Positions 18,046-26,480 of a stretch of 64,000 nucleotides of DNA are shown piece after piece (position 1 is the stretch's first letter; each line of letters starts with the position of its first letter). Where the stretch lies: the IMG/VR virus record IMGVR_UViG_3300006204_000008, positions 1 through 64,000 of that record; one strand, given 5' to 3'. The DNA comes from a virus (Duplodnaviria > Caudoviricetes). Under the pieces are notes generated by a model. That model was not told the DNA's origin and ran no database searches. It was given only the letters and a program-made list of their open reading frames with translations. Made by a program: the position numbers and the translations under genes.

Positions 18046-19545
18046 ATGAAAGGGAAAAATCTGATTCACCACCTAGTCTCAATCGCTTTGGTTTTTGCGT
18101 TGGCTGGAATCAGTACAACGGCCTTTGCAGTGGAGGAAGGACTTCAAAACTTCAAGAAAGTGAACACCTATGAGGATGGGATGTTTTTGGACGTGGGAAG
18201 CGATCATTGGGCCAGGGATAACGTGAAGCTGGCCTATGAAGTAGGGATCATGAAGGGTACTGGTTCTCAATTCAACCCAAACAGCAATGTATCCGAGCTC
18301 GAAGCAATCACCATGGCTGCACGTCTGCACAGTATATACCATACGGGGAAAGAAGATTTCCAGCAGGGATCTCCTTGGTATCAGTGTTATGTGGACTACG
18401 CAAAAGAAAATGGTATCATCCCGGAAGGAATAGTATCTTTTGAAAAGAGTGCCTGCCGTTCGTTGTTTGTTGATATTCTTTACAAAGCTTTCCCGGAGGA
18501 TGGGTTCAAAAAGATAAACGAGATTTCCAATATACCGGATGTGGATAGGAATGACTTGATTAACGGGGAAGAAATATATCAGTTTTATGAAGCTGGAATT
18601 TTAACAGGAGCGGACAAAGATGGCTCTTTTAATGAAATTGGGGATATTCGCAGGAGCGAAGCGGCTGCAATTATCAGCCGCATGGTTGATGAATCACTCA
18701 GAATAAAAACCACACAACCTGATTTCAAGCATTATTACCAGGATGATCCTCTCGTTTTGGACTTTGGGTATTACTGTGACGTAGATTTGAATAAAAAATA
18801 TCGAGAGGGAAACACAAATGTTTACCTTTATGAAGTGTTTTACCAGACCGAAAAAGGGCAAAAAATGATTGATTTTCACCAATGGCAAGATCGTTTAGCT
18901 GGAGAAGGATTTGTGCTGTCTGGTAGTGAAAGCCGTGATCGCGGCTATGCAACATTCTTTACGAAAGGTGACGTTGTTATAAAGGCTGGAATCTATCAAA
19001 CAAATTATTTCATGGTTGAGGTTGGGAAAAAAGGAGAGATTGATGCACCCTCTCAGGAGGAAAGTAAAATTTCCACAGTGGAAAAAATGGTAGCATATCT
19101 CAACAAAAATATGAACGAAATCAAAACGCCGATGGGGAATATCTCGGTTGAAACAACTATCAGCGTGAACAACCGGAGTTATAATCTATACGATTGGCAT
19201 ATTCAATCTGATCCCGGCGCTAGTATGGTGTTTTTTAACTTGGAATATTCCATCGAGCACACGAAAGAACAAAAGAAAGAAACAATAGAAGCGTTGAGAG
19301 CATACCAAAAGGGAGTATACGATATCATTTCTAAATATTTCCCGGATAAGAAACTGTACGGCGGTTATTACTCTGGGTTTTACCAATATCCTAACCTACA
19401 GGTTGGTTATGATACGATAAAAGCATTCTCGTGGATGAATTATACCCCAAGCGAGTATATGGGTATCGAGGATGATGCCTACTACTCTTCTAAAATTACT
19501 GATTTCCATTGGGTTTCGACCTATGACGATTATGTTTTCGACTGA
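18046..19545 (+). CDS. Secreted S-layer homology (SLH) domain protein (moron)
   Basis: Signal peptide; SLH-type motifs FLDVGSDHWARDNVKLAYEVGIMKG and GILTG...IRRSEAAAIISR. Confidence 0.85.
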   Translation: MKGKNLIHHLVSIALVFALAGISTTAFAVEEGLQNFKKVNTYEDGMFLDVGSDHWARDNVKLAYEVGIMKGTGSQFNPNSNVSELEAITMAARLHSIYHTGKEDFQQGSPWYQCYVDYAKENGIIPEGIVSFEKSACRSLFVDILYKAFPEDGFKKINEISNIPDVDRNDLINGEEIYQFYEAGILTGADKDGSFNEIGDIRRSEAAAIISRMVDESLRIKTTQPDFKHYYQDDPLVLDFGYYCDVDLNKKYREGNTNVYLYEVFYQTEKGQKMIDFHQWQDRLAGEGFVLSGSESRDRGYATFFTKGDVVIKAGIYQTNYFMVEVGKKGEIDAPSQEESKISTVEKMVAYLNKNMNEIKTPMGNISVETTISVNNRSYNLYDWHIQSDPGASMVFFNLEYSIEHTKEQKKETIEALRAYQKGVYDIISKYFPDKKLYGGYYSGFYQYPNLQVGYDTIKAFSWMNYTPSEYMGIEDDAYYSSKITDFHWVSTYDDYVFD

Positions 19546-19593
19546 AGGCTTAAACGAGAAAAGTTGCTGCGCGGCAAGAAGATGATAGAGACG

Positions 19594-19632
19594 CTGGCCC
19601 CCGCCTGGTACTTCCGGCGGGGGCCAGTTTTG
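19594..19632. terminator. Intrinsic terminator between convergent genes
   Basis: CTGGCCCCCGCC / GGCGGGGGCCAG stem followed by a T run. Confidence 0.75.
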
Positions 19633-19664
19633 GATTGATGTATAAGGGCATGATGTCAGGCACA

Positions 19665-20003
19665 TCATTCATCTGCTCCGGCCCTGTCCAGTTTAGACAG
19701 CAGCTTCTCATAGGTAGCTTTTAGCTCTGGACTCATTTCCTCGTGGGCGAGTTTCGGTTCTCCTCGGAGTTCTCCAAGGATATCCTGGTAAGTTTCCTGC
19801 GCGGCCGGAGACCATCGAGATTGGGGAGGATTGCGTCCTTCGGCTGCTCGTATTCCATAAAACTTTTCGAGCTGACATAGCAGCTCATGCTGAGCATTCT
19901 CAACGAATCGGAAGCTGCGGTAGAGCCAGATAAAAACGCCCAATGCCCCACACAGTACGCCGAGAAGAAAGAGCGCCCCCAGAAAGTAAGGATTACCGCT
20001 CAT
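19665..20003 (-). CDS. Hypothetical membrane-anchored protein
   Basis: N-terminal hydrophobic helix YFLGALFLLGVLCGALGVFIWLY. Confidence 0.55.
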   Translation of the reverse strand: MSGNPYFLGALFLLGVLCGALGVFIWLYRSFRFVENAQHELLCQLEKFYGIRAAEGRNPPQSRWSPAAQETYQDILGELRGEPKLAHEEMSPELKATYEKLLSKLDRAGADE

Positions 20004-20214
20004 TGTCGGCATCCTCTCCAATCAAATCCAAAAGCGTGACAAGGTCGTAGAAGCACTTGGGAGACAGGCCCGTCTTTCCGAGAACGGACTTGATCCGCCT
20101 CTCTACCCAGGTTTGAGACATATCCAGGTCCTGACAAACACGAGAGGTTTTCAAATCGCTGCGGGCCATAGAGGCGATTACCATTTTCTCTTCTGGCGTG
20201 AGTGTTTTTGACAT
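19993..20214 (-). CDS. Small helix-turn-helix protein (LuxR/PucR C-terminal-like)
   Basis: SRVCQDLDMSQTWVERRIKSVLGKTGL...FYDL. Confidence 0.6.
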   Translation of the reverse strand: MSKTLTPEEKMVIASMARSDLKTSRVCQDLDMSQTWVERRIKSVLGKTGLSPKCFYDLVTLLDLIGEDADNER

Positions 20215-20256
20215 GGCGCGTATTCCTCCTTCCGGGGTCTTGAATTGTGGCGGTTC

Positions 20257-20505
20257 TCATTTTGTACAAATTCCTCCCCTGGGTTTCCCCAGGGGAGGCT
20301 TGAACAGGAGGTAGGTGCGGTATGCGTCCAGGTCAGCCCGCTGGAGCCGAGAGGCACCAAGACCCTTGTGATGCACGGGGTGGTACGGTCTGCCGGAGCT
20401 GCCCCGTCGTATCTGCTGGCCGGATGTGATGTGTAAAGACCTCCAACCAACTTCACCCGGCGCGTCTGCAAATAAATCGGCATCAGCCTGAAAATAAATC
20501 TTCAT
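20257..20505 (-). CDS. Hypothetical protein
   Basis: 82-aa ORF co-oriented with neighbours. Confidence 0.4.
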   Translation of the reverse strand: MKIYFQADADLFADAPGEVGWRSLHITSGQQIRRGSSGRPYHPVHHKGLGASRLQRADLDAYRTYLLFKPPLGKPRGGICTK

Positions 20506-20775
20506 TTTCCGGTGCTTACTTTACACATCTGGGCACGCATCTTTTCAGTTCAATAACCCGTTGGCGACGTGCCTGCCCACCTCTCGTTATGGTGTATCCG
20601 GCGTCACTCTCCGTCGTGTCACAGTTGCTATCGGTCTGTATTCCGTCCGGCTTCCACGGATGGGAGCGACCCAGCTATTGCCCCGCTTAGATTATCAAAC
20701 ATCCCAGTAAGCTGGTCTCCGCAAAGGCTAACCCCCATTTTCGGTACATGACCGGGATGTAGTTTTCAGCAGGAT

Positions 20776-20853
20776 GGCCGCTGGCCGGATTTGAACCGGC
20801 AACCCTTGAGGGCCATTTCCTCCCTCCGGCTCTGCCTATTGAGCTACAGCGGC
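20776..20853 (-). tRNA. tRNA-like element with canonical acceptor, D and T arms but an aberrant anticodon arm; isotype unassignable
   Basis: GCCGCTG/CAGCGGC acceptor, GCTC-AATAGGCA-GAGC D arm, GCCGG-TTCAAAT-CCGGC T arm; anticodon stem GAGGG/CCCTC closes a 9-nt loop with no U33; no encoded CCA. Confidence 0.6.
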
Positions 20854-21117
20854 ATAGTCGGGCGCTGAACGGTTAAAACAGCAGCCCTATACTATTCTCT
20901 CATAAAGCGCGTTGAATAAATTTTACCGTTTTTGGGTTGGAACCATGGCCGGCCAAGCCGTGGGCCCAGGGTGCCGTCTGTTCCGAGCTGCCAAAACTAT
21001 AGAAAGAAAAGAGGGGCTTCACTTCCTTTCGTTTTTGAGTTGGCCTATAGATGGTCCATGGGCTTTCCCATCCCTGGGGAAGCTGTGGAACCTCCCTATT
21101 TATAGAATACCATGGGC

Positions 21118-22251
21118 TCAAAATAGCCCAATCTGCACTGGCTTGAAGGCTTCCTTTTGCTTTAGAAGCGCTTCGATCCGCTCCGGGTCCAATAATTTAT
21201 ACACCCGGCGTTTTTGGTATTGCTCCAGGTTATCCCACCCGTTGGAGAGAACCAGCCGCTCTGCCCGCTGGACCATTCTTTCCTGTGCGGCCTTTCGCCG
21301 GGCTGTTTTCTGCTCCTTGGCCTCTTTGAGCTCGTCTGCCGCATGGGTCACATGGACGCCGTCTGCAACGTCCTGCAAGTCCTGAAGGATATCTCGGGTA
21401 TCTCTCCGAGCCGCACGAAAGTTCAAAAGCTCGATCTGGAGCGTTTTATCAAAAAACATTGCACTCCAATAGCGGTCCATAACATGATGTGTAATTTTGC
21501 GCTGGGCGAATTGTATGATAGCCTCGCAGATGGTCATGGAAACTGGCTTTGGCAGCAGCTTGCAGCCCTTCTCAATGCTGACCCTTTTCTCATCCGGGAA
21601 CAAACCATTTCCTTTTTCTACCCAGGTTTTCTTTACGTCGTAAAAGACATTTCCCTTTTGAGGTACCAGGTCCTTTCCCAATATGCCGCAATGTGTACAG
21701 CCTAGGTTCATCTGAGCACAGTCAATCGGGTTATAATGGGTCCTCCAGGTCTTGCTTGTACGGCCGTAGCGGCTTTGATGGCGGCAGACACGGCCCTTGT
21801 GCGCACGCTCGAAAGCGTTCCAACGTTCTTCGGCCTCCTGCCATACTTGCTTATGGGCTTCCTCCACGCTACCCTCAAAGGTGTAGGGACGAGTGGTTGG
21901 GTGACAGTTACAAGAGAAAAGGATATCGTCTGGGTTGCTTCCGTAGCGTTCCTTCTGAAGAAGCGGATGCCGAAGGGGACACGGCTCGGCAGGGAAACGG
22001 GGGCAAGTGATCACTGGGTTGTCGTTCTCGGGGCGCCAGTCAATCCCATGAAAAGACATATAACCATTACTAAAGCCTGCGCCGGAAATCAGGAGGCCGC
22101 AGGGAGTCTCAAAGGTTATGTTTCCCCGGGTCTGGGGGGCATAGGTCCAGCCGCCTTCCAAGGGGTCATAGTTCCGCATACCGGGGGGTGTATCTTCCGG
22201 GGTGTATCCCTGCGCCAGGAGACGGCGGGTTAGGCTGTTGATCTCTTTCAT
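21118..22251 (-). CDS. Cys-rich hypothetical protein
   Basis: 377-aa ORF with several CxxC/CxC-like pairs; overlaps the upstream gene. Confidence 0.65.
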   Translation of the reverse strand: MKEINSLTRRLLAQGYTPEDTPPGMRNYDPLEGGWTYAPQTRGNITFETPCGLLISGAGFSNGYMSFHGIDWRPENDNPVITCPRFPAEPCPLRHPLLQKERYGSNPDDILFSCNCHPTTRPYTFEGSVEEAHKQVWQEAEERWNAFERAHKGRVCRHQSRYGRTSKTWRTHYNPIDCAQMNLGCTHCGILGKDLVPQKGNVFYDVKKTWVEKGNGLFPDEKRVSIEKGCKLLPKPVSMTICEAIIQFAQRKITHHVMDRYWSAMFFDKTLQIELLNFRAARRDTRDILQDLQDVADGVHVTHAADELKEAKEQKTARRKAAQERMVQRAERLVLSNGWDNLEQYQKRRVYKLLDPERIEALLKQKEAFKPVQIGLF

Positions 22252-22481
22252 AGGCCAGGACAGGGGACAAGGCCAAAGTGATTCTCCATGGTGTCCCGGA
22301 GCTCTGTTACAGTTAGGCCGTATTCTTCTGCAATGCAGCTTTCGCAGACGATAGACTGATAGCCCAAGGCCCGAGAGATCCGTTTTTCCCAGCTGTTGGT
22401 GCGTCCACTGCAGAGTGGGCAGCGGATATTGTCATACCAGCGGAGCTTTTGGGCGTTTGTATAGACTGCTTTCTCAGACAT
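22248..22481 (-). CDS. Small zinc-binding hypothetical protein
   Basis: CPLC...CESC...CPG. Confidence 0.6.
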   Translation of the reverse strand: MSEKAVYTNAQKLRWYDNIRCPLCSGRTNSWEKRISRALGYQSIVCESCIAEEYGLTVTELRDTMENHFGLVPCPGL

Positions 22482-22733
22482 CGTAAAACCTCCTCATTGT
22501 GCCCTGGCATTCGCTGTGGGCGCTTTTGTTTTCTTTTGGGTGTAATCGGCTAAGACTTGGAAAAAGCCGTCTGAGCGGGATACAAGCCCTGCTTCTTAAT
22601 TCCATCGTAACATGGGGACAAAATCAAAAGGTATTTGACAGAAACAGGGGTCTGAGATTCTGGTGGGGCTCGATTCCATATGCCGGAGGGCATTCTGCCA
22701 GATAGGGGACCACGGCCCCCTGCTGGCCCCTCG

Positions 22734-24833
22734 TTATGAGGGACCAGCGTCTTTCCAGCGGCGGAAAATATCCAAGGCTTTTTTGGAATCGCGGCGGTAG
22801 AGCTCTTGAAGAAAAAACTTTGCAACGTTTTGGTCCTTCGGGTCAACCTCTAGGACCAGCTGCTCCAGCTGTTCATCCGTGAGAAGGTCGAGCATATCTT
22901 TGATATCTTGCACTTCCTGCCGGCGGTGATCAACCAGGGCTTCCATCCAGGGTGCCAGGGAGACGGAAACCACATCCCCGGCGGCGGTGGAGAGGCAGGA
23001 GGCCAGACGGTCAGCCAGAGCCTCGATCTCCGCCGCCTCTTTGTCTGCTTCCTCTGCGGTGCATCCGTAGGGGTGTGCGCGGTGATGGGCGGCAAAGCTG
23101 CGGATGTGGGCCACCAGGCCACCGTCGTTATCCCCCAGGTCGTAGCGGCCTTCATAGCTGTGTTCCTCGCCGGATTCATCGGTCCAGGTGATGAGGAATT
23201 TCGTTTTATCATAGCCCCCCTTTTCCTCTTCTGCCCGTTCCAGGTCGTAACGTCCCAGGATGATTTCAGCGGCGGCGGGGGAGAGGTCCAGGGTGTTATC
23301 GTCCCAGCTGTAGAAGGCGGGGTGCTCACTCCAGCAGATTTTCACCACCGGCTCATCGGGACGGATGGGGTTTTGCCGGCTGATCTCTTCGATGTAGGCG
23401 CGGCCCTCCTGGGTTTGCTGCTCGACCTTGGCCTGCATCTCGGCCCGCTGTTTCTCGGCTGCTTCCTGCTCGGCAATTTGGCGGGCGGTTTCTTCGGCTT
23501 TTTCTGCAGAAGCCTCTTCAGGAGGGTTGGGGATCTTGATGCCCTCCGGGCAGAGCCGATTGACCACAGATTCATAGAACGCCTGGAGGGTGAGACTCTT
23601 CTGGATTTCCGGGTGATCTTCGCCGCAGTTCCAGGTGAGCCAGTCAGCGTTCTTTTTGGCGGCGTCTGCTTCCTGCTGGAAGTGGGCGGCGATCTGGGAC
23701 AGGTCCTTTACTGTGGCGGGTGTGATCTGCGCGTGTTCGGCGTTCCAGGCGTCGGCCTTGGCGCAGTATTCCCTGCTGCTGTGGAAGTTTTTGAGGGGCC
23801 AAAAATGGGTGCTGTCGCTTCTGGTGCTGAGTTTCCCGGCTTTGGTGATGCGGAGCAAACAATGGTCTTTGCCGAGCCATCCCGGATCACCGGGAGAGTG
23901 CGCTACGAAATACAGGCCGTTGTGGCTTTTGGCGTAGGCGTTGCTGATCCGGACGATATCTCCGGTTTTCATTTTCTGGTCCTCCTCATGGTTTGGGGTC
24001 TGCTCCTCTGGCGTTTCTCGTTTTGCAGGATCTTCGGGAAACTCTTCGGCTTCCGGGGTCTGAGATTGCAGCGGTTCTCCATTCGCGGGAGTTTCTTCCG
24101 ATGACACATCTTCCGGCGGAGCATAGCGGAGGGCAGTATTCTCGCGGGTATAGTTTTTGTGCAGACGGACAGGAAGCAAAATCCCGTCACCGCTTGGGCC
24201 GGTGAAGTAAATGGGGCCGCTTTCCGGCTGGTCTGCAATATGGCAGGCGCTTGCGTCGGGCAGAAGTTCCAGCACATCCAGCAGATACCGGGCATTGACC
24301 AGGGGACGGCCAGGGCCGAAGTCCCAGACGATTTGCCCCTTTTTCCCGTCTAAAAACTCTTTTTCTGCGGTGCATAGCTTAATATGGGCCCGTACCTGGG
24401 CAATCGCGGGAAGGGTGAGGGGCTGCGTTTTACCCCGGCCGGAACCAAGAATCACAGGTTCCAAACTTTCCGCACCTTCGCTTTCGGGGAGGTCCAGGGG
24501 CTCATTAAGGGCCGCTCCGTGGAAGCCGCTGCAGATATACTGCCGGCCGTCTTTGCCAGTCCAGGCACCAAAGAAGTCTTTCCGGCTCATGGTTCCGGCC
24601 ACCTTCAGCAGGCGGCGGGCGGCGGCCAGGATGCTCCGGCGGCCTGCGGACTTCGACTTGGCGGTAGCGATCTCTGTGCGGACGTCCCGCAGGATGGAGG
24701 CCAGGAGGCCCAGAGAATCGCCCAGGACCGGTGCGGCGGGGTCTGCGGCCAACTTCTTGACGGTGGCGGCTTCGGATTCCTCCAGGGTGGAAACATAGGC
24801 GTTCAGGTTTTCATACAGCTTCTCGATTTTCAT
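22734..24833 (-). CDS. Polyvalent-type multidomain protein: N-terminal beta-clamp-like region, C-terminal LPD25-like domain
   Basis: VNARYLLDVLELLP...PIYF...GILLPVR (clamp-like); PVVKICWSE...GYDKTKFLI...YEGRYDLGD (LPD25-like). Confidence 0.6.
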   Translation of the reverse strand: MKIEKLYENLNAYVSTLEESEAATVKKLAADPAAPVLGDSLGLLASILRDVRTEIATAKSKSAGRRSILAAARRLLKVAGTMSRKDFFGAWTGKDGRQYICSGFHGAALNEPLDLPESEGAESLEPVILGSGRGKTQPLTLPAIAQVRAHIKLCTAEKEFLDGKKGQIVWDFGPGRPLVNARYLLDVLELLPDASACHIADQPESGPIYFTGPSGDGILLPVRLHKNYTRENTALRYAPPEDVSSEETPANGEPLQSQTPEAEEFPEDPAKRETPEEQTPNHEEDQKMKTGDIVRISNAYAKSHNGLYFVAHSPGDPGWLGKDHCLLRITKAGKLSTRSDSTHFWPLKNFHSSREYCAKADAWNAEHAQITPATVKDLSQIAAHFQQEADAAKKNADWLTWNCGEDHPEIQKSLTLQAFYESVVNRLCPEGIKIPNPPEEASAEKAEETARQIAEQEAAEKQRAEMQAKVEQQTQEGRAYIEEISRQNPIRPDEPVVKICWSEHPAFYSWDDNTLDLSPAAAEIILGRYDLERAEEEKGGYDKTKFLITWTDESGEEHSYEGRYDLGDNDGGLVAHIRSFAAHHRAHPYGCTAEEADKEAAEIEALADRLASCLSTAAGDVVSVSLAPWMEALVDHRRQEVQDIKDMLDLLTDEQLEQLVLEVDPKDQNVAKFFLQELYRRDSKKALDIFRRWKDAGPS

Positions 24834-24935
24834 AACTTTTCCTCCTGTGATTCCCCGGTTTTCCCGGGACGTGTATTCTGTGTGGATTTGGGGTCTTGGA
24901 TTGTGGCGGTTCTCATTTTACGGGAAACCACTTTC

Positions 24936-25005
24936 ACCCATGAGCGCCGCCCCGGAAGGGGCACCGGGCTTGCACCGGTCACGCCGCAGCGCGGGCCTTG
25001 CGGGC
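24936..25005 (-). ncRNA. Twister-sister self-cleaving ribozyme
   Basis: Minus strand GCCCGCAAGGCC-CGCGC(TGCG)GCGTG-ACCGG(TGCAAGC)CCGGT-GCCCC(TTCC)GGGGC-GGCGCTCATGGGT matches the twister-sister architecture as recalled. Confidence 0.85.
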
Positions 25006-25007
25006 GA

Positions 25008-25571
25008 TCAATCCATCTGGCAGTAGTCCATAGCATCATAGCCCATGGAGCGGAGCGCGGCAGTCATGGCCTCTGCGTTGCGGCTGCGGGCGTTGCCCTG
25101 GGCTCGGGTGTCCGGGCCGAAAACAAACTGTTTGGAGCCGTAACAATTCCAGACAAAACAGCCGGTCCCGGCTTCCTTCGCGGCTTGCTTCACTTTCTCC
25201 GCAGTCCAGCGGGGGAGGGAGAGGGCGGAGCTGTCAAAGTTACAAGTGCCGCCGTCCTCCGGGTTGGCATCCTCTACAGCGCGGCCAGCGGCCAGGGCCT
25301 TCTTGAGATCATCACGGAGCTTGGCGTAGCGTCCAGTCAGAGCGCCGGGGGCTCTCTTGTCTTTGGGCTTGTCCGGGGGATAGGCGGCGCGGATCACGGC
25401 AAAGTGGCTCAGGGCTTCCGCCTCTGTGGCGGATCTCATGCTGGCGATCTCGACATAACCGCCGGAAGTCATGAGCATTGTTTCATAGCTGCCAGGGGCA
25501 AGCTCGGAAGCGTCCAGGATGACGCGGCGGCCCTTGAGGGTGTATTCCTCGTGCTTTACAGTGTTAACCAT
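25008..25571 (-). CDS. Hypothetical phage protein, flanked by two ribozymes
   Basis: 187-aa ORF with SD; conserved-looking DGGTCNFDS motif. Confidence 0.65.
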   Translation of the reverse strand: MVNTVKHEEYTLKGRRVILDASELAPGSYETMLMTSGGYVEIASMRSATEAEALSHFAVIRAAYPPDKPKDKRAPGALTGRYAKLRDDLKKALAAGRAVEDANPEDGGTCNFDSSALSLPRWTAEKVKQAAKEAGTGCFVWNCYGSKQFVFGPDTRAQGNARSRNAEAMTAALRSMGYDAMDYCQMD

Positions 25572-25583
25572 GATAATACCTTT

Positions 25584-25646
25584 CTGCTCTACCATCATCA
25601 GGCCAGGGGGAGCAGTCCCTGACGACGGGCCTTGGCCCGTTTCGGC
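25584..25646 (-). ncRNA. Type II hammerhead ribozyme with pseudoknot
   Basis: Minus strand GCC-GAAA-C-GGGC(CAAG)GCCC-GUC-GUCAGGG(ACUGCUCC)CCCUGGC-CUGAUGA-U-GGU; loop CUGCUC pairs with downstream GAGCAG. Confidence 0.85.
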
Positions 25647-25660
25647 TTAAATTGACGGGA

Positions 25661-26053
25661 TCAGGAGGCCCAGGGCAAGGGCCTGCCGGTGCTGTGGAAA
25701 TAGCCGCTCCACCCATCAGGGCTTGCCCAGAAGCGGCGGACGTTGTCCTCAGCTCTCCATCCGACGTGCGCACAGACCTGCCAGCGGTTCCGCTTTTCGT
25801 AGCGGTTCATGGCCTTTGCCGTAGTGAGGACGGCGTTCACGTCAACGGAAACGATTTCGCAGGCACTGCGCAGGGCATCCCATGTGTAGGTGCTGGCGGT
25901 TTCCTTGCGGACATAGTTTCCATATTCCTCCAGGTCCAGGCTGGGGACCCAGCCGCCCTTGAAGGTCAGGCAGAAAATGCGGTATTCGTTTTCTGCGTTT
26001 AGGTAGTTCTGCGCCATGTCCAGCAGGGCCCGGATATTGTAACTGTTTTTCAT
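25661..26053 (-). CDS. Hypothetical protein, first gene of the leftward operon
   Basis: GGAGG SD; downstream of the divergent promoter region. Confidence 0.6.
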   Translation of the reverse strand: MKNSYNIRALLDMAQNYLNAENEYRIFCLTFKGGWVPSLDLEEYGNYVRKETASTYTWDALRSACEIVSVDVNAVLTTAKAMNRYEKRNRWQVCAHVGWRAEDNVRRFWASPDGWSGYFHSTGRPLPWAS

Positions 26054-26119
26054 GATATTTCCCTCCTGTTGATCTATCGGCCTGCGGCCTGTCGTGTTTT
26101 GTTTGACTATGACCGTATT

Positions 26120-26208
26120 ATACACGCGATTGTGTGCATTGTAAATCGACATTATACACATAATTATGTGTATTTATTTGTGCAAAACATACACTTGTTT
26201 ATGTGTAT
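26120..26208. promoter_or_regulatory. Divergent promoter region with three ATACAC-N8-GTGTAT operators
   Basis: Copies at 26120-26139 (1 mismatch), 26154-26173 (perfect 20-bp palindrome) and 26189-26208. Confidence 0.75.
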
Positions 26209-26246
26209 ATATGGATATATAATTGAGAGAAAAGGGAGGGGAGAAA

Positions 26247-26480
26247 ATGGCTATAATTTATGACAAACTTTTCCAAAAGTTAAAAGAAAAAGGGTATACA
26301 ACATACCGCATCCGGCAGGAGCGGCTTATAAGTGAGGGGACATTGACCAACCTCCGGAATCATGCCAGGCATTTAGACGGCAAGGTCCTTGATCGTTTGT
26401 GTCGTGTGCTGGAGTGTCAGCCGGGGGATCTGATGGAGTGGGTGCCGGATGGTATCGCCAACGAGGAGGGCGTGGAGTGA
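26247..26480 (+). CDS. XRE/Cro-family HTH regulator
   Basis: MAIIYDKLFQKLKEKGYTTYRIRQ...TLTNLR...LDRLCRVLECQPGDLMEW. Confidence 0.88.
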   Translation: MAIIYDKLFQKLKEKGYTTYRIRQERLISEGTLTNLRNHARHLDGKVLDRLCRVLECQPGDLMEWVPDGIANEEGVE

